The notes under the pieces were generated by a model. It was given only the letters and a program-made list of their open reading frames with translations, had not been told where the DNA came from and searched no databases. A program made the translations under genes and the position numbers. From assembly GCA_022841565.1 (NCBI GenBank), contig JALHRH010000002.1:8575-72574 (forward strand): a stretch of 64,000 bases of DNA, read 5' to 3'. The stretch comes from Mycobacterium sp. (GTDB lineage Bacteria; Actinomycetota; Actinomycetes; Mycobacteriales; Mycobacteriaceae). Positions 22,701 to 32,958 of the stretch are shown piece after piece. How positions within the stretch are numbered: the first letter of the stretch is position 1; each line of letters opens with the position of its first letter.

Positions 22701-23688
22701 CGATGCCGGTGTTCTCCACGCCGGCCACCTTGGCCGCTACGCCGGCGTTGTTGTTGCCGAAGGCGGCGGCCACGGTGGCGTTGTTCTGCACACCCTCGGC
22801 AGTGGCTGAGACGGTGTTGTCGTTGCCGAAGGCGGCCGCGACCGTACCGATGTTCCCGACGCCGACGGCGTTGGCGAGGACGGTGTTGTTGTTGCCGAAC
22901 GCCAGGGCGCCGGTGCCGATGTTCACCGCGCCGGTAGCGTTCGCGGTCGAGTTGCTGCCGATGACCCCGGCGATGTTGAGCACACCACCGGTCGCTGAGG
23001 CACTACTGCCGCCTCCGAACGCGAAAGCGACATCTGCCAAATCGGCGCTCGCCGTACTGTTGGCGCCGCTGGCGACCGCCAACCCGCCGAAGGTGGTGTT
23101 GGCGTGAGCGGTACCCGTCTGCAGCAGTTGAAGACCGAAGAGCGAGATGCTGAAATCCACTCCCGCGCTCGGCAGCGCCAGCTGCCATAGTGTCAGCGCC
23201 TCGACCACTGCCGAGGCCCCGGCGTGGTAGCCCGCCATCACGGCCACATCCTGGGCCCACAAATCCTCGTAAAGAGCTTCGGTGGCTGCGATCGCGGGTG
23301 CATTCTGGCCGAACAGATTCGAAATTGCCAGCGCCACAAGATCATGACGATTAGCCGCAACGAGTGCCGGATGCACGATTGCGGCCTGCGCGGCCTCGAA
23401 GACCGCCGCAGCAGCGGCGGCCTGACCCGCGGTTCCGGCCGCCCGCGCCGCCGCCGTGCTCAGGTAGCTACCGTAGGGAGCGGCCGCGGCAGCCATGGCC
23501 GTCGATGCCGGGCCCTGCCACGCGCCATTCACTAGGCCCGCGGTGATCGCACTGAATGATGATGCCGCGGACTGCAACTCGCTGGCCAAACCCTCCCAAG
23601 CGGTGGCCGCCTCCAACATCGGCCCCGACCCGGCACCGGAATACATCAGCAGCGAATTGATCTCGGGAGGCAGCACCGAAAAATTCAT
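19696..23688 (-). CDS. PPE family protein with very long Gly/Asn/Ala/Thr tandem-repeat C-terminus (PPE-MPTR-like)
   Basis: N-terminus [38 protein letters not shown]... is a canonical PPE domain (~180 aa). About 1100 aa of ~20-residue repeats follow (G.GGNIAT[LV]AT..GD.NT....A). Confidence 0.95.
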   Translation of the reverse strand: MNFSVLPPEINSLLMYSGAGSGPMLEAATAWEGLASELQSAASSFSAITAGLVNGAWQGPASTAMAAAAAPYGSYLSTAAARAAGTAGQAAAAAAVFEAAQAAIVHPALVAANRHDLVALAISNLFGQNAPAIAATEALYEDLWAQDVAVMAGYHAGASAVVEALTLWQLALPSAGVDFSISLFGLQLLQTGTAHANTTFGGLAVASGANSTASADLADVAFAFGGGSSASATGGVLNIAGVIGSNSTANATGAVNIGTGALAFGNNNTVLANAVGVGNIGTVAAAFGNDNTVSATAEGVQNNATVAAAFGNNNAGVAAKVAGVENTGIVSAVFGSNNTTVSADAFGVENNAVVAAVAGSGNVNVLAVAGGAGGNEGVVAAALGNSNAVAATATGVGGNLGTVAASVIGNNNAISANATGGGHLGTVASALFGDNNGVKVSSFGLNNIATVATVGGSGNTAVSADASGSENIGTVATAFGANNPTVSASALGAGNIGIVATSLGDGSTVTSKVIGAGNLATVATSGGNNNGVGASAVGVGANTAQIATAFGSGNTQVSADAGGAGGNIATVATSLGDNNTARASAFGAGNVASVSTVLFSNNNNSAAETIGVGNIATLATSYGHDNNVSAEAKGVGGNTATIATAIGQGNSKVDADAGIAGGNVATLATVFGDNNTAQASALGAGNTATLSTVLFSNNNTSSASALGVENIATVATSYGNGNNVSASAPGVGLNVATFATAIGEGNTQVSASAGGGGGNTVTLATVVGDGNSASVSSTGLGNTANIATLIGDNNTAKINVFGVENIATVATAIGDNNGVMAGAPGVGANIATFATAIGDGNTQVSAEAGGGGSNIATLASVFGNNSTAKVSATGLGNIATIATGIGDNSGLSATAFGVDNIATVATSYGDGNTTVAAEAGGAGGNIATLATVFGNGNAVTGARAIGVGGNVVTLGTVIGDDNAAVSASATGSGNIVSVATAIGDQNTATVDVTGVGNVPVASTVIGDGNSMKVSAFGLENIATLGTVYGDGNTGGVVEAGGAGGNIATLATVFGDNNTAAVARAVGIGGNIATLSTAFTDGNAVSAAANGGGNIATVATAFVGGGNTATASATGVQNYATLATAAGAGNGVSATASGVGANIATLGTAIGDGNTQVFATAGGAGGNIAIAATAVGDNNSVAASVAGLSVGGVATAVGDGNTGVTARGHQPANFGIVATVVGAGNNLVGASGHGPLNFANIATVVGDGNHDVWAGGAGVLNIAVTAGGSNFALAGDQSGGLAGGNFAIVTANGAGAKAFNGVINLAVAAGDGLSAIAGPGSFHVDIRPLLS

Positions 23689-24013
23689 CGAACCTGTCCA
23701 TTCTCAGCGTCTGAACCAACCGGCCGACCGCCGCTGCAGATACGGCGACCGCCGGACACGACACCCCCCACCAGCGGCTCGCGCGTGCACCCGATTCGGT
23801 TGCTCGGCGGGATCACCACCATGCACGCGCCTCCCGCTGACGAGATTGAGCAACCACCGGCAGAAACTGAGCAGCTTGGTAGCAAGAACATATCTGGCAA
23901 CGCAGGATCATGTTTCGAATTTCGCCAAATGAAGTCGGCTTCGGGTAAGAGCGTTGGAGAACGAGCGGATTCGGGAATACCGGTATCACCATCCGCACAA
24001 GCGAAGGACCGAC

Positions 24014-24289
24014 ATGAGCGCAAAATCCAAAGCCCTGTACCTGCCGCTGTCGATTCTCACCAGTGTCACCGGCGGACTGTTGGCCGGCGCCGTTTTCAGT
24101 CAAGTCTGGAAACGGTTCAGTGACGATGGCCAGGCGCCGCCCGACCCAAAGGATCTGCGCAACTCCACCCGCGCCGCCCTCGTCGGTGCCGGCTTGCAAG
24201 GGCTGATATTCGGTGTGGTCAAGGCCGCGGTCGACCGGGTGGGCGCCCGGGGCTATCAAGCCGTCACCCACGAGTCCCCCGCGCCCTGA
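24014..24289 (+). CDS. small membrane protein, DUF4235-like
   Basis: MSAKSKALYLPLSILTSVTGGLLAGAVFSQVWKRF...ALVGAGLQGLIFGVVKAAVDR: two hydrophobic helices. Family name from memory. The ORF opens at 23954. Confidence 0.6.
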   Translation: MSAKSKALYLPLSILTSVTGGLLAGAVFSQVWKRFSDDGQAPPDPKDLRNSTRAALVGAGLQGLIFGVVKAAVDRVGARGYQAVTHESPAP

Positions 24290-24441
24290 CCCAAGTTTGT
24301 CAAGGGCGCGGCCGCGCTGGTAGAACGTGTTACAGTTTGCCGACCGTGGCCGAGAGCCCGGGGAACCGGGCCATGCGCTTAAGGAGACCCGGACGACATG
24401 TGCTCGCCGAAAAGCGCAGTGGCAGAAATGAATTCGACACC

Positions 24442-25335
24442 ATGATGGCAGTGGTGGGCAAGGCCCGCTCACTGGCACTAATCAGCGTCGCGTATGTGAT
24501 CGCAATCGGTGTGGCTGCCGGCTGGTTGGTCTTTGGGCCCGCTACCGGGCGCCGGTGGCTGGATACCTTCATCGCTGATGTGCTGGCCACCTTGGTGGTG
24601 TTCGCCTTCAGCCGCCGCTATCGCAATTCCAGCTTCTACGATGCGTACTGGAGCGTCATCCCACCGCTGCTCGTCTTGTATTGGTGGAGTCAGGCCGGCC
24701 CGGGAGTCGACCAACTGCGCTGTTGGCTGGTGGCCCTGCTGATCACCGTGTGGGCGGTGCGATTGACCGCAAACTGGGTCTACGGATTTCCCGGCCTGCA
24801 TCACGAGGACTGGCGCTATCCGATGTTCAAGGAGCGCGCCGGACGTTGGGAATTCGCCGTCGACCTATTCGCCATCCACCTCATCCCCACGCTGCAGGTG
24901 TTCGCCGGCATGCTGCCGGTATACGTCTGTGTTACCCGCCCCGGCGCGGGTATCCGCTGGCTCGCCCTCGTTGCCTTCGCGGTCGGGCTGGCGGCAGTCA
25001 CCCTCGAATTCGTAGCCGACCTGCAAATGCACCGGTTCATCCGACACGCCCAAGCCGGTGCCGCGATGGACCGGGGTTTGTGGAGTTGGTCGCGGCATCC
25101 TAACTACTTTGGCGAGTTCGGTTTCTGGTTCTCCCTCGCACTGTTCGGAGTGGCGGCTTCACCGTCGGATGCATGGTGGTTGTTCGTCGGCGCGGTGGCG
25201 ATGCTGGCCATGTTCCTCGGCGCCAGCATTCCGATGATGGAGACGCGCAGCCTGCAGCGGCGCCCGGAATATCAGCGCGTCATCGACCGGGTGTCGCGCT
25301 TCGTGCCCCGCCCACCGCGGAAAGCGCCGGTATGA
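24442..25335 (+). CDS. DUF1295 / steroid-5-alpha-reductase-like integral membrane protein
   Basis: Multi-pass membrane protein with the C-terminal GLWSWSRHPNYFGEFGFW motif. Its stop overlaps the next start as ATGA (25332-25335). Start uncertain (24337-24442). Confidence 0.75.
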   Translation: MMAVVGKARSLALISVAYVIAIGVAAGWLVFGPATGRRWLDTFIADVLATLVVFAFSRRYRNSSFYDAYWSVIPPLLVLYWWSQAGPGVDQLRCWLVALLITVWAVRLTANWVYGFPGLHHEDWRYPMFKERAGRWEFAVDLFAIHLIPTLQVFAGMLPVYVCVTRPGAGIRWLALVAFAVGLAAVTLEFVADLQMHRFIRHAQAGAAMDRGLWSWSRHPNYFGEFGFWFSLALFGVAASPSDAWWLFVGAVAMLAMFLGASIPMMETRSLQRRPEYQRVIDRVSRFVPRPPRKAPV

Positions 25336-26456
25336 GCCGTAAACGGGTGGTGATCGCGGGTCTGGGCGACGTCGGTGTGCTGACCGCGATCCACCTGGCA
25401 CCGCACTTCGACGTGGTCGGAATCTCGGCCAAACCCGGGTTGGTCAGCGGCCAGGAACTCGGCGTCAGGCTCGCCCGGCCGGACGATTGGGCGCGGGACT
25501 ACTGGATTCCGTTTGACAGATTCCGCAGATTGGACCAGGTACAGACGGTGCAGGCCACGCTGGCCGGAGTTGACCTCAACGGGCACACGGTCTTTGGTCG
25601 CCGTGCGGACGGCACGACGGTCGCCGAGGAGTACGACGCCCTGGTCATCTCTACCGGTGTGAGCAACGGCTTTTGGCGCAAGCCTTCGCTGCAGTCATCA
25701 TCGGAGATTGGCGCCGGCCTCTACGCGGCGCACGAGCAGTTGGCAACGGCAAGATCGGTGATCGTCATCGGTGGTGGCGCCGCCGCGGTCAGCAGCGCCG
25801 TCAACATGGCCACCACCTGGCCGGGCAAGTCGATCGACCTGTATTTTCCCGGGGAACGCCCGCTCAGCGAGTACCACCCGAGGATCTGGAAACGCGTCGC
25901 GAATCGGTTGTTCGAGCTTGGTGTGGGCCTACACCCAGGCCATCGAGCCGCGATCACCGACGGCTTCACCGGCGATGAGATCACCAGCGAACCGGTGCGT
26001 TGGAGCACCGGGCAGACGCCTGCCGTGGCCGATGCCGTGCTGTGGGCGATCGGGCGGGTGCGCCCCAACACCGATTGGCTGCCCCCGGAATTGCTTGACG
26101 AAAGCGGGTTTGTCCGCGTGACGCGCCAGCTCCGGGTGCCCGGTCACCGCGATGTGTTCGCGGTCGGAGACGTGGCGGCGACCGATCCGTTGCGCAGCTC
26201 GGCGCGTAATCGCGGTGATGCATTGGTAGCGCGCAACATTCGCGCCGCGTTCGCCGAACGCCCGTTGCGTGCCTTCAAGGCACCGGGACGCCGGTGGGGT
26301 TCGTTGGTCGGCATTCAGCGCGACGGGTTGGAGGTGTTTTTCCCCACCGGTCACGCCTTCCGATTTCCGTACTGGTCGGTCGAGCACGTGGTGATGCCGT
26401 TGATCGTACGCTGGGGGATGTACCGCGGCGTCCGGCCCAACCGCCCTTTCGGTTGA
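25332..26456 (+). CDS. FAD-dependent pyridine-nucleotide-disulfide-family oxidoreductase
   Basis: MSRKRVVIAGLGDVGVLTA (first dinucleotide fold), VIVIGGGAAAVSSA (second fold), FAVGDVAA near the C-terminus. ATG overlaps the upstream stop. Confidence 0.8.
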   Translation: MSRKRVVIAGLGDVGVLTAIHLAPHFDVVGISAKPGLVSGQELGVRLARPDDWARDYWIPFDRFRRLDQVQTVQATLAGVDLNGHTVFGRRADGTTVAEEYDALVISTGVSNGFWRKPSLQSSSEIGAGLYAAHEQLATARSVIVIGGGAAAVSSAVNMATTWPGKSIDLYFPGERPLSEYHPRIWKRVANRLFELGVGLHPGHRAAITDGFTGDEITSEPVRWSTGQTPAVADAVLWAIGRVRPNTDWLPPELLDESGFVRVTRQLRVPGHRDVFAVGDVAATDPLRSSARNRGDALVARNIRAAFAERPLRAFKAPGRRWGSLVGIQRDGLEVFFPTGHAFRFPYWSVEHVVMPLIVRWGMYRGVRPNRPFG

Positions 26457-26589
26457 ACCGCCGCAACCATGGCACGGCGCAACTGGTCGGGTGACGCCGG
26501 CCGGGTTGACCCGCCCTCCCTCCGGACCGGGCACATCTGCGGTCATCTTCGGCAGTGGTCGCCCATATCAGGCTCGAACATTCCGGTTG

Positions 26590-27963
26590 CTATCGGGACA
26601 ACCTGCTTCCCGCTGCGGGGCCGGTAGTTGATCTAGCAACCGACGGTGTCGACCGACCGGGCAGCGCCCGATCCGCAGATGGCGCGCAGCTCACTGCCCG
26701 CGCGGCAACCGCCGCAGTCAGAAAGCCGCCAAGTGCCGCCCAACCGTTAGCACCCGCCAAACCGTTCTTGGCCATCAGAACCAGTGCGGTCCCCGCAGCG
26801 CAGATCAGCAGGCCGGCGATCACAGACCAGCCGCCTGCGGACCGGACCGGGGCATCCCACCAGGGCAGCCGCCGATGCTCAAGCGGACAGAGCAGCCGGA
26901 ACATCGCCGCCATCACCGCGGCGAATACCACGGCCCGCAGTGCGAGCAGTGCCCAAAACCCTGCGGCGTGCACGTCATAGGCGTCCAGACCCGCCGCGTT
27001 CAGACCGAAAGTAGCGATGGCGATCGCCGGTATGTGCCACAGGTACAGGGTCATCGCTCCCCCGTTGCCCACCGCGACGGCAGACCAGACCCGCGGACGC
27101 TGCGCCCAGCGCCGGATCGGTCCCGCGGCGCCGACGAACGCGCATGACATCCAGGTGCAGTGCAGCGCCAGCAACAGCGTCGGCGGCGACACATTGGACA
27201 CTCGTTCCGCCCCGGTGACCACCAGCGAGACCTCATACGTCCCGGCGAGCGCGAGCGATAGCTGCGCGGTGAACGCCGACACGGCGGCAGCCAGTGCTGC
27301 GCGGCCGCCGATCAATCGGCGGGCATAGGCGACGCCGATCACCACTGGGATCAGCCACACAATCAAAAAGTTCGCCACACCGGATTCAGGTGTTCCTACC
27401 GCGAAGCGGATCGCGTCGACCGCTGCCGCGGCCCCGAGCAGACCGACGACCGTCAGGGCGACCGCGCGTCCGGTCCGGATCCGGGTCAGGGAGGGGACAA
27501 AGGCCAGGACCACCAGGTAGACGCCGAGGAACCAGAGCAGTGCCACGCATTCGCGCCCGAGCCCATCGGCGGATTCCTCCCCGAGCGTCAGCCGCACCAC
27601 CAGCAGACCCGCTGTCCACGCCGCCAGGTACCAGAACACCGGGCGGCACAGGCGCTGCGCTCGGGCAAACAGCCACGTACCCCAGGCGGTGTCGGAGTGC
27701 CAACCGTACGCACCCGCGGCGCCGCCGGCGAGGAAGAACAGCGGCATCACCTGAACCACCCAGGTCACCGGCGCGATCGCGGGAATTTCGCCGAGCAGGT
27801 TGCCGATCCGTACACCGCTGGAGTCAATGGTGGCGAGCAGCAGCGCGCAGTGCCCGAACATCACCACGATCAGGGCGGTCAGGCGTGCAACGTCCACGGC
27901 ACGGTCCCGGTTGCGGTCGGTAACGACCCCAGACGGAGAGGCCATGAAGGTAGCGGGAGGCAT
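26590..27963 (-). CDS. acyltransferase family 3 integral membrane protein
   Basis: N-terminal RDRAVDVARLTALIVVMFGHC motif, then about 10 hydrophobic segments over 457 aa. Confidence 0.8.
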   Translation of the reverse strand: MPPATFMASPSGVVTDRNRDRAVDVARLTALIVVMFGHCALLLATIDSSGVRIGNLLGEIPAIAPVTWVVQVMPLFFLAGGAAGAYGWHSDTAWGTWLFARAQRLCRPVFWYLAAWTAGLLVVRLTLGEESADGLGRECVALLWFLGVYLVVLAFVPSLTRIRTGRAVALTVVGLLGAAAAVDAIRFAVGTPESGVANFLIVWLIPVVIGVAYARRLIGGRAALAAAVSAFTAQLSLALAGTYEVSLVVTGAERVSNVSPPTLLLALHCTWMSCAFVGAAGPIRRWAQRPRVWSAVAVGNGGAMTLYLWHIPAIAIATFGLNAAGLDAYDVHAAGFWALLALRAVVFAAVMAAMFRLLCPLEHRRLPWWDAPVRSAGGWSVIAGLLICAAGTALVLMAKNGLAGANGWAALGGFLTAAVAARAVSCAPSADRALPGRSTPSVARSTTGPAAGSRLSR

Positions 27964-28020
27964 TCGTCCAGCATGCCCAGCCGGTCGGAGCGCGGGATGA
28001 GTAGTACTACCCGTCCGGTG

Positions 28021-30429
28021 TCACCGCCCGAATCCGGCCTCGCGCAGCGCCTGAGCCATCGAGTTCCCGGCAGGTTCGGGCGCCGTAGGGCCGGTGTTCC
28101 TGGCACGCGGCGAATTACGTTGCCGGGGTGCGTTTGTGCCCCCGGCTCGCGCCGAGGAGCGATCGGGCCGTTTGTCGCGCTGCGGCTGATCGCCGAGTCG
28201 CAGGCTGAGCCCGATGCGCTGGCGCTCGACGTCGACCTCCATCACCTTCACCCGGACGACCTGACCGGACCGGACCACCTCATGCGGATCTGAGACGTAA
28301 CGTTCGGCCATCGCGGAGATGTGCACCAAGCCGTCCTGGTGCACCCCGACATCCACGAAGGCGCCGAATGCGGCCACATTGGTCACCACTCCATCCAGGA
28401 TCATGCCCGGTTTGAGGTCGGCGACCTTCTCGACGCCGGCCGCGAACGTTACGGAAGTGAAGGCCGGCCGTGGGTCGCGGCCCGGCTTTTCCAGTTCGAC
28501 AAGGATGTCAGAAACCGTGGGGATACCGAACCTATCGTCAGCGAAGTCGGCTGGGCGAAGCTTGCGCAGCGCAGTTTCGTCGCCGATGATCTCAGCCAGT
28601 GTCACACCCGAGCGGTCCAGGATCCGCCGGACCACCGGGTAGGCCTCCGGGTGGACACCCGACGAATCGAGCGGGTCATCACCGCCACGGATGCGCAGGA
28701 AGCCTGCGCACTGTTCAAACGCTTTGGGGCCCAGGCGAGGAACGTCCAGCAGTGAGCGACGGTTGGCGAATGGACCGGTCTTGTTCCGGTAGGCGACGAT
28801 CGCCTCGGCCAGCGATTCGGAAATTCCTGATACTCGTGCCAACAAGGGCACCGACGCGGTGTTCAGATCCACGCCCACCGCGTTGACCGCGTCCTCGACC
28901 ACCGCGTCCAGACTCCGGGCCAGGATCCCTGGTGTCACGTCATGTTGGTACTGGCCGACGCCGATGGATTTCGGTTCGATTTTCACCAACTCGGCGAGCG
29001 GATCCTGCAGGCGCCGGGCAATCGACACCGCGCCGCGCAGGGTCACATCGAGGTCGGGCAGTTCGTGCGCCGCGTATGCCGACGCGGAATACACCGATGC
29101 GCCGGCTTCGCTCACCATCGCTTTTGCCGGCGCCTTGGCGGATCCGCTGCCGGCAGACCGGATGTCGGCAATCAATTCGCTCGCCAAAGCATCAGTCTCA
29201 CGTGAAGCCGTACCGTTCCCCACCGCGATCAACTCCACGTCGTGGCGGGCGATCAGCGCGGCGAGAGTCGCCTTGGCGCTATTCCATTGTCGCTGCGGTT
29301 GGTGCGGGAAGATGGCACACGTTTCGAGCACCTTGCCGGTGCCGTCGACGACGGCCACTTTCACACCGGTACGAAAACCGGGATCAAGGCCCAGCGTGGT
29401 ACGGGCCCCGGCCGGCGCGGCGAGCAGCAGGTCCTTGAGGTTCTTGGCGAACACCGCCACCGCTTCCTCTTCCGCTCGCTGCCGCAACCGCATGCGGGCA
29501 TCAACTGTCGCAGACAACATCAATCTGGCCCGCCAAGCCAGGCTCACGGTCGTGGCCAACCACCGCTGGGCCGGGTGCGCCGCGGCCTCGGCTGACAGAT
29601 CGACATCGAGTGTGCGCGCGATCATTGCTTCGTAGACATCGTCGGGCCCGCCGTCGAAGCTGAACGCAAGAGCCTTCTCCTTCTCCCCGCGCAGCACAGC
29701 CAGCACCCGGTGCGATGGCATGTCCTCCAGCTGCTCGGAAAAGTCGAAATAGTCGCGGAACTTCTGCGCTTCAGCACTTTTCGCAATTTCCTCGGACCAC
29801 GGCGTGGTCCGCAGCGCAGCCCGCCCCCAGAACGTCTCGCGAACGGCGCCGACCAGTTCTGCGTCCTCGGCCGCTCGTTCGATGAGAATGTGCCGAGCCC
29901 CCTCCAACGCCGCTGCGGCATCCGCGACGTCAGGGAAATCGTCACCGACGAATTCTGCCGCGGCAGCGTCGGGGACCAGCGTCGGGTCGGCGAGCAGCCG
30001 GTCCGCCAGCGGCTCCAGGCCCGCTTCGCGGGCAAGCTGCGCCTTGGTCCGACGCTTGGGCTTGTAGGGCAGGTAGATGTCTTCAACCCGGGCCTTGGTG
30101 TCCGCGGCAAGCAACGCAGCCTTCAGCCCGTCGGTCAGCTTGCCCTGTTCCGCGATCGAGGCCAGCACCGCGGCGCGTCGTTCGTCGAGTTCCCGCAGGT
30201 ACCGCAGCCGCTCTTCGAGGGTACGGAGCTGTCCGTCGTCGAGGCTGCCGGTGGCCTCTTTGCGGTAGCGCGCGATGAATGGCACGGTGGCGCCTTCGTC
30301 GAGCAGCTTGACGGCGGCGACGACCTGGGTCAGTTCTATCGCCAGTTCCTCAGCGAGACGGGCGTTTACGGATTTGATGGTGGCTGTCGGAGTCACGCGG
30401 AGGACCCTACCGAACGTCTCCGACAGCAC
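28021..30429 (-). CDS. tex: Tex-like transcription accessory protein (YqgF/HhH/S1 RNA-binding)
   Basis: LLDEGATVPFIARYRKEATGSLDDGQLR N-terminal signature, a central RuvC/YqgF-like region (IAVGNGTASRET), and a C-terminal S1 domain (GVVTNVAAFGAFVDVGVHQDGLVHIS). Start is 3 nt after the upstream stop. Confidence 0.9.
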   Translation of the reverse strand: MLSETFGRVLRVTPTATIKSVNARLAEELAIELTQVVAAVKLLDEGATVPFIARYRKEATGSLDDGQLRTLEERLRYLRELDERRAAVLASIAEQGKLTDGLKAALLAADTKARVEDIYLPYKPKRRTKAQLAREAGLEPLADRLLADPTLVPDAAAAEFVGDDFPDVADAAAALEGARHILIERAAEDAELVGAVRETFWGRAALRTTPWSEEIAKSAEAQKFRDYFDFSEQLEDMPSHRVLAVLRGEKEKALAFSFDGGPDDVYEAMIARTLDVDLSAEAAAHPAQRWLATTVSLAWRARLMLSATVDARMRLRQRAEEEAVAVFAKNLKDLLLAAPAGARTTLGLDPGFRTGVKVAVVDGTGKVLETCAIFPHQPQRQWNSAKATLAALIARHDVELIAVGNGTASRETDALASELIADIRSAGSGSAKAPAKAMVSEAGASVYSASAYAAHELPDLDVTLRGAVSIARRLQDPLAELVKIEPKSIGVGQYQHDVTPGILARSLDAVVEDAVNAVGVDLNTASVPLLARVSGISESLAEAIVAYRNKTGPFANRRSLLDVPRLGPKAFEQCAGFLRIRGGDDPLDSSGVHPEAYPVVRRILDRSGVTLAEIIGDETALRKLRPADFADDRFGIPTVSDILVELEKPGRDPRPAFTSVTFAAGVEKVADLKPGMILDGVVTNVAAFGAFVDVGVHQDGLVHISAMAERYVSDPHEVVRSGQVVRVKVMEVDVERQRIGLSLRLGDQPQRDKRPDRSSARAGGTNAPRQRNSPRARNTGPTAPEPAGNSMAQALREAGFGR

Positions 30430-30432
30430 CCG

Positions 30433-30918
30433 TCAACCCGCCCCGGCGCGCCCGCGCACGGTCCGGTCCAGGATGCCAAGCGTCGCCCGGAGCGCGCCTT
30501 CGGAGATGACGGGAAAGATGCCGGCGTCTCGCCACTGCTGGTCGATGCTCGACCAGTCATAGAACGACGTGACCACGGTGGCCGCACCATCGTCGGCGGG
30601 CTCGAGGCGATAACCGTAGACGTGGCCGATTTGTGGGCGGATCTGTCCGAGGATGGTCCAGGCGATCAGTCGGTCCCGTTCGAACTCGGTGATTTCGACC
30701 GTGACGTCGTACTTTCCCAGTTGCGGGAAGTCGTTGAGCGATTCGCGGTCCATGTGGACCACGAACGTGTCGCCGACGGCCGATACCGGGTCGCCTTCGG
30801 CGTCCTGCAGCATCCCCGACGAGTCGATCGCGACGTGTCCACGCGGGTCGCACAGCAGGGCGAAGATCTTTGCCGCAGGCGCCGAGATGGTGCGTTGGGT
30901 TTCGAGGCGTTCGGTCAT
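30433..30918 (-). CDS. SRPBCC (polyketide cyclase/START-like) family protein
   Basis: 161 aa. MTERLETQRTISAPAAKIFALLCDPRGHVAIDSSG... is a typical SRPBCC N-terminus. 4-nt gap to pknE and 3-nt gap to tex. Confidence 0.75.
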   Translation of the reverse strand: MTERLETQRTISAPAAKIFALLCDPRGHVAIDSSGMLQDAEGDPVSAVGDTFVVHMDRESLNDFPQLGKYDVTVEITEFERDRLIAWTILGQIRPQIGHVYGYRLEPADDGAATVVTSFYDWSSIDQQWRDAGIFPVISEGALRATLGILDRTVRGRAGAG

Positions 30919-30922
30919 CAGA

Positions 30923-32743
30923 TCATCCGATCAGTTTCGTTAGCCAGTTCGGATTCTGCAGGTCCACGCCGCTGCTGCCGTCCCACACGAACGGCGTGCC
31001 GTTGGCGTTGAACCCGGCCAATGACACGCTGGCATTGTTGGCCTTGGTTTGGGCGGTGCCGAGGTCGGCGCCCGACTTGATGCAGTTTGTCGCCGTGCTG
31101 TTGGCCCCGACGGTTTGCGCCAGATGTGCCAGTTCCGCGTCGGTGCGATCCGCCGGTGCGTTCTCTTGCGGCTGAAAGTCACTGCCGAACAGGGCGGAGT
31201 AGAAGCCGGTGTAAGTCTTCGGATCATTCTGCGCTGCAACGCAGTACGACGCCGCTACCGCGCGAGTCGAGTAATTCTTGGTGTGCGACTGCTCGTCGAG
31301 GAAGGTCAGCAGGTGGTAACGCACCGCGAGTTTCTTGTTGTTCACCGCGGTGTCGATGTCGCTGGCGTAGGACCTGATGAAGGCACCGCACGGCGGGCAA
31401 ATGGGCTCGTTGAAGACATCGATGGTGGCGATGGCCGCGGAGCTGCCGATGAATACGCCGTCATTGAGCACGTTGAGTTGCACTGCATCGGCGGCCGGCG
31501 ACGGCGTCGACGACTTGGACGGCGAGGCTGAGTGTTTGGGCTGGGAAAACCCGATGATCAGCCCGCCCGAGACCGCCACGATCACGGCGATCGCAAATCC
31601 CGCCCACAACCACGGCTTACGCAGCAGGCCGGTCGGACGTGGCGGCGGTTGCCCCCATGGCGGTGCCCCGCTGCTGCCGGCGGGCGTAGCTCCCCAGCCA
31701 TGCGTGCCGGCCCACTGCGCCGGCATGGGGCCGCCTTGGGCCGCGGGCGCGGGCTGCGTTCCCGGCACCGGCGCCGGCCAGGGCGTCCCCTGAGCCACCG
31801 CGGGAGGTGGCGTCGCTGGGAAACTTCCGGGCGTCTGACCGACGTATTGGGGAGGCAGGTTTCCGACCTGACTGCGTTCCAGAATGTCGGCGGCGCGGTC
31901 CTGGTCGGGGGTGGCCAGCGCCGCATACGCAGCCGCCGACAGGTCCCCGCAGGTGGGATAGCGGTCGGCCGGATTTTTGGCCATACCCCGAGCGATCACC
32001 TGATCGAAAGCCGCCGGAATACCCGGCCGCGCCACGCTCGGTCGCGGAACCGGCTGATTCAGATGCGAGCCCATCACGCTGAGTTGGTCGCCCCGGTACG
32101 GCGGGGATCCGGCCAGGCACTCGTACAGCACACAGGCCAACGCGTAAATGTCGGCGCGGTAGGTCACTTCGCCCTCACCGAAGCGCTCCGGAGCCATGTA
32201 ATACAGGGTTCCCACCGTGCTGCCCATCTGGGTGAGCTTCTCGTCCGAGCCCGCGCTGGCGATGCCGAAATCGACTAGATAGGCGAAGTCGTCCGCGCTG
32301 ACCAGGATGTTCTCCGGCTTGACGTCGCGATGCGTCACTTCAGCGGCGTGTGCTGCGTCCAATGCCGCGCCGATCTGTCGAATAATCGCCACCGCACGCG
32401 GCGGGGTGAGTGGACCGTAGCGCTTCAAGATGGCGGCCAGGTCCTTGCCGTCGATCAGACGCATGTCCACATACAGCTGACCGTCGATCTCGCCGTAGTC
32501 GTGGATCGGCACGACATGCGGTTCCTGCAACCGTCCGGCGGTGCGGGCCTCGCGTTGCATCCGGGTGCGAAAGACCGGGTCCTGCGACAGCGACTGCGAC
32601 ATCAGTTTCAGGGCGACGACCCGCTCACGCACGGTGTCCTCGGCCTCGTAGACATCGCCCATGCCGCCGCGCCCCACCAGGCGCCGCAACCGGTAGGGCC
32701 CGAACTGCGTCCCCACCCGCGAACCCTCGGACGTGTCACCCAT
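30923..32743 (-). CDS. pknE: transmembrane Ser/Thr protein kinase PknE with DsbA/thioredoxin-like ectodomain
   Basis: The kinase domain is near-identical to my memory of M. tuberculosis PknE (GTQFGPYRLRRLVGRGGMGDVYEAEDTVRERVVALKLM...HRDVKPENILVSADDFAYLVDFGIA). Pro-rich linker, one TM helix, ectodomain with a CPPC motif. ATG 32743 (MGDTSEG); the ORF opens at 32824. Confidence 0.9.
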   Translation of the reverse strand: MGDTSEGSRVGTQFGPYRLRRLVGRGGMGDVYEAEDTVRERVVALKLMSQSLSQDPVFRTRMQREARTAGRLQEPHVVPIHDYGEIDGQLYVDMRLIDGKDLAAILKRYGPLTPPRAVAIIRQIGAALDAAHAAEVTHRDVKPENILVSADDFAYLVDFGIASAGSDEKLTQMGSTVGTLYYMAPERFGEGEVTYRADIYALACVLYECLAGSPPYRGDQLSVMGSHLNQPVPRPSVARPGIPAAFDQVIARGMAKNPADRYPTCGDLSAAAYAALATPDQDRAADILERSQVGNLPPQYVGQTPGSFPATPPPAVAQGTPWPAPVPGTQPAPAAQGGPMPAQWAGTHGWGATPAGSSGAPPWGQPPPRPTGLLRKPWLWAGFAIAVIVAVSGGLIIGFSQPKHSASPSKSSTPSPAADAVQLNVLNDGVFIGSSAAIATIDVFNEPICPPCGAFIRSYASDIDTAVNNKKLAVRYHLLTFLDEQSHTKNYSTRAVAASYCVAAQNDPKTYTGFYSALFGSDFQPQENAPADRTDAELAHLAQTVGANSTATNCIKSGADLGTAQTKANNASVSLAGFNANGTPFVWDGSSGVDLQNPNWLTKLIG

Positions 32744-32958
32744 CGCCGACTTCTCACCCGCCTTTCGCGCAGTTCTCCGATCCGAGGCCCCTTCGCGCCT
32801 AAGGCTAATGGTTTGCGCAACCACGAGGCGCGCTTTGTCGGCGAGCCCGCGCTGCCGCCGGCCAAGTAGTTGATATGAGCCCGGAAAGGAACCCTAAATT
32901 TGGTTAGGGTAGGCAGTGCTAACTTTCTCCCATGATGGGGCAAACGGGAGGAACCACG

